A model generated the notes under the pieces. That model was not told the origin of the DNA, searched no databases, and saw only the letters and a list, made by a program, of their open reading frames with translations. The translations under genes were made by a program, and so were the position numbers. Below, piece by piece: positions 18,598 through 28,342 of a stretch of DNA of 52,863 bases (within the stretch, counting starts at the first letter, position 1; every line of letters begins with the position of its first letter). Source of the stretch: Clostridiales bacterium (GTDB lineage: Bacteria; Bacillota; Clostridia; Peptostreptococcales; Anaerovoracaceae); the NCBI GenBank assembly GCA_012523915.1, contig JAAYSU010000135.1, forward strand, positions 1-52,863. Reading direction: 5' to 3'.

Positions 18598-18710
18598 GGA
18601 ATACACCACCTCTCCCACAGTACGAAATTACAAAAATAAGCGTGCATCAATATAAAATTGATTTAAATCAATTATATATTCAATTGCTATATTTTTCAAG
18701 TAAGTTTGTG

Positions 18711-19508
18711 TTAATATCTAAAAATTTGAATAATTTTAGCATCTTCATCGACATTTTCTAGCAATAATAATGGATAATAATCGTTTATCTTCTTTTTTTT
18801 GGGTTCGGTTGACGCTATAACAACTCCTGTCCCCACTACTTCAACATCAAATTCCCCCAGTATTTCCCAAAGTCCCTTGATGCTACCCCCCGCACGCATG
18901 AAATCGTCAATTACTATTGCCTTCTTACCAGGTTCAACTGCCCTCTTTGCAAGCGACATTTTTTGAATTCTTTCAGCTGAGCCCGAGAAATAGTTTATAC
19001 TTACTGTGGAACCCTCTGATACTTTACTTTCTCTTCTCACAACTACCAATGGAAGATTCAGCATATGTGCTGTCATATATGCTATGGGAATCCCCTTAGT
19101 TTCTATAGTAACGACATAATCGGCAGCTCTATCTATAAATTTTCCTGCAAACATCTCAGCTACACCGTTTACTATTTTAGGATCAAACATAAGATCGGAA
19201 GTATAGAGAAATCCACCACCCATTATTCTGCTTCCGTCGGATAACTTTTCGCAGAGATAATCTAATAGTTCATCACCCCGTTTTTTAGACATAACAGGTA
19301 CAAACTTAACTCCCCCTTTAGCGCCAGCAGTAGTCTCTATTGCCCCTAACTCAATTTTAGCTAATAGTTTTTTTGCTATTGATACATCCTCACTTATAGT
19401 CGATTTGGCCGCGTGGAATAGGTCACAAAAATATTTTAAGGAAAAAGTTTGGTTTGGGTTCTGAGATAATATTCTTACAATAGCGCCAACGCGTTCAGTT
19501 CTCTTCAT
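18711..19508 (-). CDS. purR: Purine operon repressor
   Basis: MKRTERVGAIVRILSQNPNQTFSLKYF is the winged-helix N-domain. A PRT-like domain follows, with AIVIDDFMRAGGS. Confidence 0.9.
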   Translation of the reverse strand: MKRTERVGAIVRILSQNPNQTFSLKYFCDLFHAAKSTISEDVSIAKKLLAKIELGAIETTAGAKGGVKFVPVMSKKRGDELLDYLCEKLSDGSRIMGGGFLYTSDLMFDPKIVNGVAEMFAGKFIDRAADYVVTIETKGIPIAYMTAHMLNLPLVVVRRESKVSEGSTVSINYFSGSAERIQKMSLAKRAVEPGKKAIVIDDFMRAGGSIKGLWEILGEFDVEVVGTGVVIASTEPKKKKINDYYPLLLLENVDEDAKIIQIFRY

Positions 19509-19520
19509 ATATATCCTCCA

Positions 19521-19564
19521 TGTTACGAATTTTTTTTAATTATGTATTAATAATATTCGTATAA
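19521..19564. promoter_or_regulatory. Candidate inverted PurBox pair (PurR autoregulatory operator)
   Basis: TGTTACGAATTTT (19521-19533) and the reverse complement of 19552-19564 (TTATACGAATATT) form inverted boxes 18 nt apart, immediately upstream of the purR SD. They resemble the B. subtilis PurBox (A/T-rich-CCGAAC-A/T-rich) as I recall it. Confidence 0.4.
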
Positions 19565-19658
19565 ATATTATTTGTCAATTAATCATTTTGCGAGTATGAT
19601 TTACTAGACAATATGATATAATCAAACAGGAAATAAATTAATCAATTGGAGGAAATTC

Positions 19659-21071
19659 ATGCTAAATCTTTCAGACTTTAGACATATACACTGTATAGGC
19701 ATTGGAGGAATCGGACTTTCAGCTATAGCTGAAATTTTTCTAAAAAGAGGATATTGGGTCTCCGGTTCCGATCTTAAAGAAAGCGACCTCACCGAAAAGT
19801 TAAAAAAGGACGGAGCCTTAATTTATATAGGACACGATGAAGCTAATGTTGCAGGGGCAGATATCCTTATCTACTCCTCTGCAATTTCTCAAGACAATCC
19901 TGAAATTTTAGCCGCTAAAAATATGGGGATCCCTATTGTAAGCAGGGCTGAAATATTAGGCGCCCTTATGAAGGAGTATAAAAACAGCATTGCCATTTCA
20001 GGTACGCACGGTAAAACCACTACGACTTCTATGGTATCTTTAATATTAGAAAACAGCAATTTAGATCCAACTGTTCTGGTCGGAGGAAACTTGCCGACAT
20101 TTAACGGCAATGTAAAGGTAGGAAAAGGAGACTATATTGTCACCGAGGCCTGCGAATATATGAATAGTTTTTTAAGTTTACACCCGCGTCATGAAATTAT
20201 TCTAAATATTGATTCGGACCACTTAGACTATTTTAAAGACATTAAACATATAGTAAGATCCTTTGAACAGTTTGCAAAGCTAGTTCCTGAAGACGGAACC
20301 GTAATAGCATATGACGCCAACCCATTTGTTAATGCAATCATCAAGGATTTAAAATGCAAGGTAATTACTTTTGGATTTAACGAACAATGTGATTACCATG
20401 CTTCAAACATCACATTTAATTCCTCAGGAATGCCATCATTCGATCTATATTCACATGGGGAGTTTCTATGTCATCTTCAGCTGTCAATTCCGGGAGAACA
20501 TAACATCGCCAACGCCCTTGCAGCTGCCGCATGCTGTCATAATTTAGGTGTTAGTCTTTCATGTATAGCATCAACTCTGGAATCCTACAAGGGCACTCAG
20601 CGTAGATTTGATGTGGTTGGCATTACAAAAAGTGATGTACGCATAGTAGATGATTACGCCCATCATCCAACGGAGATAAAAGTTACATTAAATGCTGCAA
20701 ACAATATTCCTCATAATAACTTATGGTGTCTATTCCAACCCCACACCTATACAAGAACACTGGCTCTATTTGACGAGTTTGCAGAAGCCTTTGATGAAGC
20801 CGATAAAATCATATTTGCAGAAATATATGCTGCAAGGGAAAAGAATATTTATAGAATAAGTTCTAAGGAGCTTGTTGCTGAAATAAAACGAACTAACCCC
20901 AACAAAGAAGTATACTTTTTTGAAAGCTTTGATGAAATTGCTAATTTTGTGATAAATAATTCTGAACCGGGGGATTTAGTCATAACCATGGGGGAAGGAG
21001 ATATATATAAAGTAGCAGAGATAATCATTGAAAAGGATGGCTGTAATAGCAAAACTGAGACCTTTCTATAA
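19659..21071 (+). CDS. murC: UDP-N-acetylmuramate--L-alanine ligase
   Basis: HCIGIGGIGLSAIAEIFLKRGYWVSGSD, the P-loop ISGTHGKTTTTSM, and DDYAHHPTEI. SD GGAGGA lies upstream. Confidence 0.95.
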   Translation: MLNLSDFRHIHCIGIGGIGLSAIAEIFLKRGYWVSGSDLKESDLTEKLKKDGALIYIGHDEANVAGADILIYSSAISQDNPEILAAKNMGIPIVSRAEILGALMKEYKNSIAISGTHGKTTTTSMVSLILENSNLDPTVLVGGNLPTFNGNVKVGKGDYIVTEACEYMNSFLSLHPRHEIILNIDSDHLDYFKDIKHIVRSFEQFAKLVPEDGTVIAYDANPFVNAIIKDLKCKVITFGFNEQCDYHASNITFNSSGMPSFDLYSHGEFLCHLQLSIPGEHNIANALAAAACCHNLGVSLSCIASTLESYKGTQRRFDVVGITKSDVRIVDDYAHHPTEIKVTLNAANNIPHNNLWCLFQPHTYTRTLALFDEFAEAFDEADKIIFAEIYAAREKNIYRISSKELVAEIKRTNPNKEVYFFESFDEIANFVINNSEPGDLVITMGEGDIYKVAEIIIEKDGCNSKTETFL

Positions 21072-22436
21072 GAAAGGTCTCGTTCTCCAATATTCTTGTT
21101 CCCAAAGCTCTTTTTCTCTTTCTTTTAGCCTTCTTAACTTCTCTCTTTCCCTTTGTCTGGCTAATCTTCTCTTCTTTATCTGCCTACGCTTGATCATGAT
21201 GTAGATAATAAGCAGTAGGAATATCATTATCAGGGTTGCAATTACATATTTATATATCTTTTTGGCCGTTTCATCGGTTATTCCGAAAATAGAGAGAGTT
21301 CCTCCTTCTTCTATTTGCTCAACTGCCACAGCATCATACTCCGCTAGCAGTTCATCCCCAGCATAGATTTTAACAACCCCTGCCTTTTGCCCTTTTTCTA
21401 CAGGAGCAATCAATGAATCATATAGCTCCACCTCAGAGCGAATCAGGTTTTCTGAAGCTTCTATTGGTAAAGTAACAAAAACAGGCTCTGCAATTGCAAC
21501 AGCCACACTATTATCTGCCCCTCTTTTTACACTTACTATTCCTAGATCCTCGCCTGCCTGCATGGAGTTAACAGTCTTAAAGTTATCAAATCCGTAGTCT
21601 AAAAGCATAATGCAGTCAGCAAATCGTCCCATATCGGTTGATGCCATAGTTACTGCAATCAACTCAGTATCTCCTCGCCTTGCTCCAGCTACAAGACATC
21701 CTCCCGCCTTGCTGGTGTAGCCGGTTTTAATACCGGTAACATCATCATATTTGCAGACACGAGTCTGCCCATTTATCATTACTTTATTAACAGTGTCATA
21801 AAGCATTCTGTTGGTATTGTATAGATAACGGGTTTCCTGTAGATTTGTCTCTTCAATTGTATATTGATATGTTGATACAAAATCTCGAAAGAGCTGATTC
21901 TCCATAGCATATCTGGCAATCAATGCAAGGTCATAGGCTGTGCTTACATGTTCGTCTTCATGTAGGCCATGGGGATTTACAAAGTTAGTATTTTTCGCTC
22001 CCAGCTCTTTGGCTTTCTTATTCATGAGCCTTGCAAAGCTTTCAACAGTACCGGACATTTTCTTTGCCAAAGCTACAGCAGCATCGTTTGCTGATTCTAA
22101 AAACAATGCATATAGGAGCTCCTCTACCGTAATCTCTTCTCCTTCTAAGAGATAGATACGGCTTCCCCCTGTGAAAGAAGCCTCTTCATCTATATCGACA
22201 TAATCTGACAAATTCAGATTCTCCAAAGCCAAGATACCTGTCATTACCTTTGTGGTGCTGGCAGGATAATGCGGTATATGGCTATTATGTTCATAGAGTA
22301 CTTCGCCTGTGGTTGCATCTATCAATATAGCACTTTGTCCTGTAAGTTGTAGTGTCTTATCTGTTCCAAAAGAAAATGTAACCGATGATAAGACAATGCA
22401 TAAAATCAGTAATATATTTAATGATATTCTTCTCAT
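21066..22436 (-). CDS. D-alanyl-D-alanine carboxypeptidase (S11, PBP5/DacB-like) with C-terminal TM anchor and charged tail
   Basis: Signal peptide, then SxxK (PASTTKVMT), SxN (LESANDA) and KTG (IKTGYT). A C-terminal TM segment is followed by an Arg/Lys/Glu-rich tail. The start taken at MRRISLN is uncertain. The 3' end overlaps the murC stop by 6 nt (convergent). Confidence 0.85.
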   Translation of the reverse strand: MRRISLNILLILCIVLSSVTFSFGTDKTLQLTGQSAILIDATTGEVLYEHNSHIPHYPASTTKVMTGILALENLNLSDYVDIDEEASFTGGSRIYLLEGEEITVEELLYALFLESANDAAVALAKKMSGTVESFARLMNKKAKELGAKNTNFVNPHGLHEDEHVSTAYDLALIARYAMENQLFRDFVSTYQYTIEETNLQETRYLYNTNRMLYDTVNKVMINGQTRVCKYDDVTGIKTGYTSKAGGCLVAGARRGDTELIAVTMASTDMGRFADCIMLLDYGFDNFKTVNSMQAGEDLGIVSVKRGADNSVAVAIAEPVFVTLPIEASENLIRSEVELYDSLIAPVEKGQKAGVVKIYAGDELLAEYDAVAVEQIEEGGTLSIFGITDETAKKIYKYVIATLIMIFLLLIIYIMIKRRQIKKRRLARQREREKLRRLKEREKELWEQEYWRTRPFL

Positions 22437-22446
22437 AGCCCAACCC

Positions 22447-23664
22447 TTATTTTCTCTTAGCAAAAAAATAATCTGTCAGTTCATAACCATTATCGAAATA
22501 AATTCCTTTTGCGCCTGAACTTTCTCCATAATACTTAGAATTATCGGCCTGTTTTTCATCAGTGCTGTCATAGAACACAAACGGAACTGGATTTCCTGCA
22601 TGGGTCCTAATTGATATAGGAGTTTGATGGTCAGGCAGTACAAGAAATCTGTAGTCTTCCCCTGAGCTATTAAAATATTCAATTATAGGCTCTACTATTT
22701 TTTCATCAATTAATTCCAGTGATTTTATTTTACCTTCTATATCACCTTGATGCGAACATTCGTCAGGTGCCTCAAGATGTAGAAAGATGAAATCTTTACC
22801 CTCTTTAAACTGCTCTATTGCTGCAGCTGCCTTCCCTTCAAAATTAGTATGAATTGTACCTGTAGCTCCAGGGACATCTATAGCATCAAGGCCTGCGCAT
22901 ATTCCGATTCCTTTTATTAAATCAACTGCAGAAATAGCAGCCCCTCTTACATTATATTTATCATACAAGGATGTCAGTCTAGGTTTTCTTCCCTGCCCCC
23001 AAATCCAAATTGAGTTTCCAGGATTTTTTCCATTCTTAACCCTTTTCAGATTAACAGGATGCTCTGATAACAGTTTGTAGCTATCTCGCATCATTTTTTC
23101 AATAAAATCTGCTCCTTGTCCTTTGGGAAGATATTCTTCAATTTTTCTGTCCAATATATCGTGAGGTGGCGTTAAGTCATAATCCACACTGCCCTTTTGC
23201 ACAATCATGGCATGCCTATAGCTTACTCCGGTATAGAACTGAATCTCTTCAGTCCCAAATTCCTTATTGACCGCTTCGATAAGCTCCCGTGCTTCCTCGG
23301 TAGTAATATCTCCTGAACTGTGATCTATTATAACCTTATCGCCATAATCTCCTTCACCTTTTAAAGTAACCAGATTGCATCGAAAAGCCACATCTGTGTC
23401 ACTCATATCGATTCCCATACTTACTGCTTCTAAAGGAGATCTCCCTGTATGATAGATCTTTGGATCATAACCCATAACTGAAAGGTTTGCTGCATCGCTG
23501 CCCGGTGCCATTCCATCAGGTATGGTTTTTACCATACCCACAATACCCTTTGATGCTAACTTATTGATATTTTCTAAATTAGCTGACTCTAAAGGTGTCT
23601 TGCCACCCAGCTCCTTTATTTCCTCGTCTGCAGCCCCATCGGTAACTAGTATAAGATATTTCAT
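22447..23664 (-). CDS. Cofactor-independent phosphoglycerate mutase family protein (ApgM type; the clade also proposed as a non-orthologous homoserine kinase)
   Basis: MKYLILVTDGAADEEIKELGGKTPLESANLENINKLASKGIVGMVKTIPDGMAPGSDAANLSVMGYDP plus the metal site HLEAPDECSHQGD. Confidence 0.75.
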   Translation of the reverse strand: MKYLILVTDGAADEEIKELGGKTPLESANLENINKLASKGIVGMVKTIPDGMAPGSDAANLSVMGYDPKIYHTGRSPLEAVSMGIDMSDTDVAFRCNLVTLKGEGDYGDKVIIDHSSGDITTEEARELIEAVNKEFGTEEIQFYTGVSYRHAMIVQKGSVDYDLTPPHDILDRKIEEYLPKGQGADFIEKMMRDSYKLLSEHPVNLKRVKNGKNPGNSIWIWGQGRKPRLTSLYDKYNVRGAAISAVDLIKGIGICAGLDAIDVPGATGTIHTNFEGKAAAAIEQFKEGKDFIFLHLEAPDECSHQGDIEGKIKSLELIDEKIVEPIIEYFNSSGEDYRFLVLPDHQTPISIRTHAGNPVPFVFYDSTDEKQADNSKYYGESSGAKGIYFDNGYELTDYFFAKRK

Positions 23665-23749
23665 TTTATCGTATCCTTTGTTTTAGTTTTAGAGTATATT
23701 CGACATTCAATTTGATATTTTATCATACATTATTGTTTCTTAACAAGTC

Positions 23750-25072
23750 TTAAACGAAAATCGATCTTTTCATTTGATACATCCTCATGTCTGCCTGGTG
23801 TATGGCAATAGGTATCCCTTCTTTATTTTCCACTTCTGCAATACCGTATGAGACTGTAACTTTAAAATCAAATTTATCAATATTTCTAATTCTTTCAGTA
23901 CAACGTTCAAGGATTGCTTCGGCCTCTTTAATGCTACATTCACTGAGAAGCAAAAGAAACTCATCCCCACCAAACCTCACTACCATATCTTTATCCCTTA
24001 CAGTTGACTTCAATATCGAGGCGATTTCTACAAGAACATGGTCGCCTACCAGGTGGCCGTATTCATCATTTATATATTTGAACTTATTTACATCTATCAT
24101 TGAAACACACAGCGGTTTATTGGACAAGCAATGTCCAAAATTTTCTATGTATTCGCTCAAATAAATCCTGGAATATGTATTGGTTAAACCATCAATATGT
24201 GCGCCTTTTTTGTATTCATCCCTTTCTTTCTCAAGTCCTTTTACTGTTCGTCCTATGTTTTTGTAAGTAAAAGCATTGGCAATTAATATCAATATTAATA
24301 TCACCAGGGGGAAATAGAAAAGCAAAGCACCCATAGCTGTATCTAATCGCCCATATATGGTGTCATTGGAACTTGATGCCGCAAAGTAGACATCAGTATG
24401 TTTGCAGCCCTTTATGTACCATGTAGCTTTCTCATCATCAACTATATATTCTCCTTCATTCAGCATGGTCCATTCATTATCGGATAGAATTTTTTCAAGA
24501 TCTGCCTCCGAAAATATTTCATGAAACATATGTCCCTGGTGTACCCCTTGTAAAATCTCTGGTAGGTCTAGGTAAATAATATCGTAGCCAAGTATTTCTT
24601 CGCCTATTTTTATGGGTGAAAATACAGTTACTACTGAGCTATCAAGGTCAATAAACGGAGTAATTTCAGAAACTGCTGGATTTCTATCAATGCTCGTAAG
24701 GTCAACATTGCCTAGGCTAGCAATCACATTGCCATCAACTACTCTTGCTGCACCTGTGGCAATATCCTTTGTTTTATAATACTGTTTAGTGTGCTCCATT
24801 AAGTCTTTTAGAGTGATATTTCCCGCTTTGTATTCAATAATACTTTGCTTTAGTTCAGCCTTATCTGAAAAATAGTGAGCAGTATTCATACTATTTTCTA
24901 TGAATAATTCAGTTGCATACCAAACTGCCTCAGCAGAATGAATAAATTGATGCAGGTTATTCTCTTTCAAATCATTTCCGATAGGTCGAAAAATTGTAAG
25001 GTATGAAATAATGCAAACTATACACATCACACCAATTATTATATATCTTATTCTAGTCAATACATTTTTCAT
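23750..25072 (-). CDS. Membrane sensor diguanylate cyclase (GGDEF)
   Basis: N-terminal TM, an extracytoplasmic region of about 230 aa, a second TM, then a GGDEF domain with an intact RFGGDEF active site. An RDKD (RxxD) I-site lies 5 residues upstream. Confidence 0.9.
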   Translation of the reverse strand: MKNVLTRIRYIIIGVMCIVCIISYLTIFRPIGNDLKENNLHQFIHSAEAVWYATELFIENSMNTAHYFSDKAELKQSIIEYKAGNITLKDLMEHTKQYYKTKDIATGAARVVDGNVIASLGNVDLTSIDRNPAVSEITPFIDLDSSVVTVFSPIKIGEEILGYDIIYLDLPEILQGVHQGHMFHEIFSEADLEKILSDNEWTMLNEGEYIVDDEKATWYIKGCKHTDVYFAASSSNDTIYGRLDTAMGALLFYFPLVILILILIANAFTYKNIGRTVKGLEKERDEYKKGAHIDGLTNTYSRIYLSEYIENFGHCLSNKPLCVSMIDVNKFKYINDEYGHLVGDHVLVEIASILKSTVRDKDMVVRFGGDEFLLLLSECSIKEAEAILERCTERIRNIDKFDFKVTVSYGIAEVENKEGIPIAIHQADMRMYQMKRSIFV

Positions 25073-25261
25073 TATTAATCTCCACTAGTCTTAAATATTT
25101 CTTCGCTTATATATACCTAGAATATATAACCACAAACTATTGGGAAATTCAAACAAAACATACAGCTATACTTTTGTTAGTTTTATAAAATAATTGTTAG
25201 GAATAGAAAAATACAATACTTTGTGCTATACTAAAGAATATTGTATTTGGAGGCTAAGGTT

Positions 25262-26353
25262 ATGAATACAGATAATAGAGTTTATAATTTTTCAGCAGGG
25301 CCCTCGACTCTCCCTGTTGACGTAATGGAGCAAGCAGCTAAGGAAATGCTAAACTATAAAGGCTGCGGAATGTCCGTTATGGAAATGAGCCATAGATCTA
25401 AAGATTTTTTAAATATTATTGAAAAAACAGAACAAGACCTTCGTGATTTGATGTCTATACCAGACTCTTATAGGGTTCTGTTTTTACAAGGCGGAGGAAC
25501 GCTGCAGTTTTCAATGATTCCACTTAACCTATTTAGAAAATATAAAAAAGCAGACTTTGTTATAACCGGTTCTTGGGCAAAGAAGGCTGCCAAAGAGGCA
25601 TCTAAATATGGTGAAGCTAATGTTATAGCATCATCAGAAGACAAGATGTTTAGCTATATACCGGAAATAACTCAAGATATGATCTCTGAGGAATCAGACT
25701 ACCTATATATAACCTATAACAACACTATTTACGGCACAAGGTTCACAAAGCTACCGGAAGCAAAATCTCCCCTGGTTGCTGATATATCATCTATGATATT
25801 ATCCGAGGAGATTGATATTACAAAGTTTGGCTTGGTCTTTGCCGGTGCTCAAAAGAACATTGGTCCCGCCGGACTAACAATAGTGATAATAAGGGAGGAC
25901 CTTATAGGCTTTGCTCCTGAAGATACTCCCATAATGCTGGATTATAAAATTCATAGTGAAAATTCCTCACTATATAACACTCCACCTTGCTACTCCATAT
26001 ATATGGCAGGCTTAACGCTAGAATGGATAAAGTCGCAAGGTGGCGTAAAAGCAATGCAAGAGATTAATGAAGAGAAGGCTGCACTCCTTTACAAGGCAAT
26101 TGATGAAAGTGACTTGTTCAATTGTCCGATAGAGGAAAAGGATCGATCTCTTATGAATGTAGTCTTTGTAACTGGTGATCCTGAACTAGATAAAAAGTTC
26201 ATTGCCGGCGCAAAGGAAGAGGGCTTGGTCAACCTCGGTGGACACAGAACAGTTGGAGGTATGCGTGCCAGCATATACAATGCAATGCCAATAGAAGGCG
26301 TAAAAGCTTTGACCTCATACATGAAGAAATTTGAGCAGAACAATAAACGATGA
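25262..26353 (+). CDS. serC: Phosphoserine aminotransferase
   Basis: VYNFSAGPSTLPVDVMEQAAKE...MEMSHRSKDF...GAQKNIGPAGLT are class V aminotransferase/SerC motifs. Start at MNTDN has GGAGG 8 nt upstream. Confidence 0.95.
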   Translation: MNTDNRVYNFSAGPSTLPVDVMEQAAKEMLNYKGCGMSVMEMSHRSKDFLNIIEKTEQDLRDLMSIPDSYRVLFLQGGGTLQFSMIPLNLFRKYKKADFVITGSWAKKAAKEASKYGEANVIASSEDKMFSYIPEITQDMISEESDYLYITYNNTIYGTRFTKLPEAKSPLVADISSMILSEEIDITKFGLVFAGAQKNIGPAGLTIVIIREDLIGFAPEDTPIMLDYKIHSENSSLYNTPPCYSIYMAGLTLEWIKSQGGVKAMQEINEEKAALLYKAIDESDLFNCPIEEKDRSLMNVVFVTGDPELDKKFIAGAKEEGLVNLGGHRTVGGMRASIYNAMPIEGVKALTSYMKKFEQNNKR

Positions 26354-26370
26354 CATAAGGAGTGATAACA

Positions 26371-27525
26371 ATGTATAAAATCGCTAAGCTAAACCATATT
26401 TCACCTAAAGGATTGGCTTGCTTTACAGATGAATATGAAATAGTAGAAGATATTAATGAAGCCCACGCTATAATAGTCAGAAGCCACGATATGAAATCGA
26501 TGGACTTCTCACCCAATCTACTGGCTATTGCCAGGGCAGGGGCAGGTGTAAATAATATACCCATAGAAAAATGCTCTGAAAATGGTATTGTAGTATTCAA
26601 TACACCAGGAGCCAATGCTAATGCAGTCAAAGAGCTGGTCCTTACTGGTTTGCTGATGTCAGCAAGAAATCTAACAAGCGCTATTGCATGGACTAAGACT
26701 TTGACAACGGATATTCCGAAAACAGTTGAAAAAAATAAATCAAAATTCTCAGGTCATGAAATAAAGGGTAAAACCCTCGGCGTAATAGGCCTCGGTTCTA
26801 TTGGAGTTCTCGTTGCTAATGCCGCCGAGTGTTTAGGCATGAAGGTTTTAGGCTATGACCCCTTTTTATCAATAGAGCACGCTCATGCCTTGTCAAGCAA
26901 TGTTGAACTTCATGAAACACTTGACTCACTACTACCCTTGTGCGACTACGTTACTATACATGTACCCTTTATGGAAGCTACTAAGGAAATGATAAATAAA
27001 GAGCGTCTATTAAAGATGAAGAAAGATGTTTGTTTACTCAACTTCTCAAGGGATCAGATAGTAAAAGAAGATGACGTTTTAATAGCGATTGACAAAGGTA
27101 TAATACGTACCTATGTAACAGACTTTCCGAGCGAACGCTATTTAGATAATGAGCAAGTAATATGCATACCCCATTTAGGAGCTTCGACATATGAGTCTGA
27201 GGTAAACTGTGCCATGATGGCTACTGAAGAACTTATGGACTTTCTTGAAAACGGAAATATTAAAAACTCGGTTAACTTCCCTACCTGTAACCTTGGCCTA
27301 TGCACTACCAAGGCTCGCCTGGTAGTCCTTAACAAGAATGTACCAGCTATGCTTGGGAAAATAACCGGAATTCTGGCAGACAAGAACGTCAATATCAGCG
27401 ACCTTGTAAATAGAAGCAAGGGAGATTATGCAGTTACTTTGGTGGATGTTGACTCTGATATAGATGAAGAAGAGATTAAAGAAGCTTTGAATGTTGAAGG
27501 GATTATTTCAGTTCGCGTTATCTAG
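26371..27525 (+). CDS. serA: D-3-phosphoglycerate dehydrogenase with C-terminal ACT domain
   Basis: NAD-binding motif GVIGLGSIGVLVA, catalytic region CIPHLGAST, and an ACT-like C-terminus. Start at MYKIAK has AAGGAG 8 nt upstream. Confidence 0.9.
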   Translation: MYKIAKLNHISPKGLACFTDEYEIVEDINEAHAIIVRSHDMKSMDFSPNLLAIARAGAGVNNIPIEKCSENGIVVFNTPGANANAVKELVLTGLLMSARNLTSAIAWTKTLTTDIPKTVEKNKSKFSGHEIKGKTLGVIGLGSIGVLVANAAECLGMKVLGYDPFLSIEHAHALSSNVELHETLDSLLPLCDYVTIHVPFMEATKEMINKERLLKMKKDVCLLNFSRDQIVKEDDVLIAIDKGIIRTYVTDFPSERYLDNEQVICIPHLGASTYESEVNCAMMATEELMDFLENGNIKNSVNFPTCNLGLCTTKARLVVLNKNVPAMLGKITGILADKNVNISDLVNRSKGDYAVTLVDVDSDIDEEEIKEALNVEGIISVRVI

Positions 27526-28342
27526 TTTCTTCTATGGCTGCATTGAAAACAATCCCAATGACTATGACAAAGCCTAGGATATAGAACCAGATCAAAAGAC
27601 CCACTATGGTAGCTAGGCTTCCATAGAGAAGATCATAATTTGAAAAACGATTAATATAATAGGAATATATCCAAGTTGAAACAAGCATCCCGGCTGAAGT
27701 TAATATGCTTCCCGGGATCAGTTTTTTATAGGGTAATTTCTTAGTAGGCAGTAAATAGTAGATGAAGCTGATAGTAAAGAAGTATATCGCAATTCCTAAG
27801 GGCCATCTTAAGGCATACCATAATTGATTATAGTTGTAATGAACACCCAAAACATTATCTACATAATAGCCTATTAACATCATTAAAGGCTCACCATAAA
27901 CCAGTATCGCCAAACTAAAAACTATAAGCAATATCGTGATAATTACAGTAACCATTGCCCTTATTCTTTCTTTTATAAAGCCTAATCCTGAATTTAATCC
28001 CGTATAAGTGTAGTTGGCTATCCTGATCATAGAATATTGGGCCTTAGAGGCAGACCACAAAGCAAATACAACAAAAATTATATTTACAGTCCCGGAGGGG
28101 GTATGGGCAAAATACTGACTTATATCAATAAATACATCGTCAGATAAATATTCTTCTAAGAGATCAGTGATGATGTCAAGAGAGATAGAAAACACACCTA
28201 GGAATTCACCTAATATGATGAACAAAGGCACCATTGACATAAGAAAAAAGAATGCTAGCTCAGCCGCAACCCCTTGATAATAAGGTTTTTGCATTCTAAC
28301 AAATACATTAGTTATTATATCTTTTACTCTCTTTTTATTCAT
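27518..28342 (-). CDS. YihY/BrkB-family membrane protein
   Basis: GVAAELAFFFLMSMVPLFIIL near the N-terminus and 6 TM segments are typical of the YihY family. Confidence 0.8.
   Translation of the reverse strand: MNKKRVKDIITNVFVRMQKPYYQGVAAELAFFFLMSMVPLFIILGEFLGVFSISLDIITDLLEEYLSDDVFIDISQYFAHTPSGTVNIIFVVFALWSASKAQYSMIRIANYTYTGLNSGLGFIKERIRAMVTVIITILLIVFSLAILVYGEPLMMLIGYYVDNVLGVHYNYNQLWYALRWPLGIAIYFFTISFIYYLLPTKKLPYKKLIPGSILTSAGMLVSTWIYSYYINRFSNYDLLYGSLATIVGLLIWFYILGFVIVIGIVFNAAIEETR

Noticed and set aside
22437-22463. Apparent 17-nt overlap between the carboxypeptidase ORF and the upstream ApgM-family gene
   Set aside because: This is an artefact of the over-extended ORF. The signal peptide begins at MRRISLN (ATG 22436), which removes the overlap.
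25073-25261. Searched for a T-box or riboswitch leader upstream of serC, and likewise upstream of thrC (51628-51792), guaB (36511-36530) and azlC (34914-34998)
   Set aside because: These leaders are too short (under 190 nt). They lack T-box (AGGGUGGNACCGCG-like), purine or other aptamer signatures that I can recognise.
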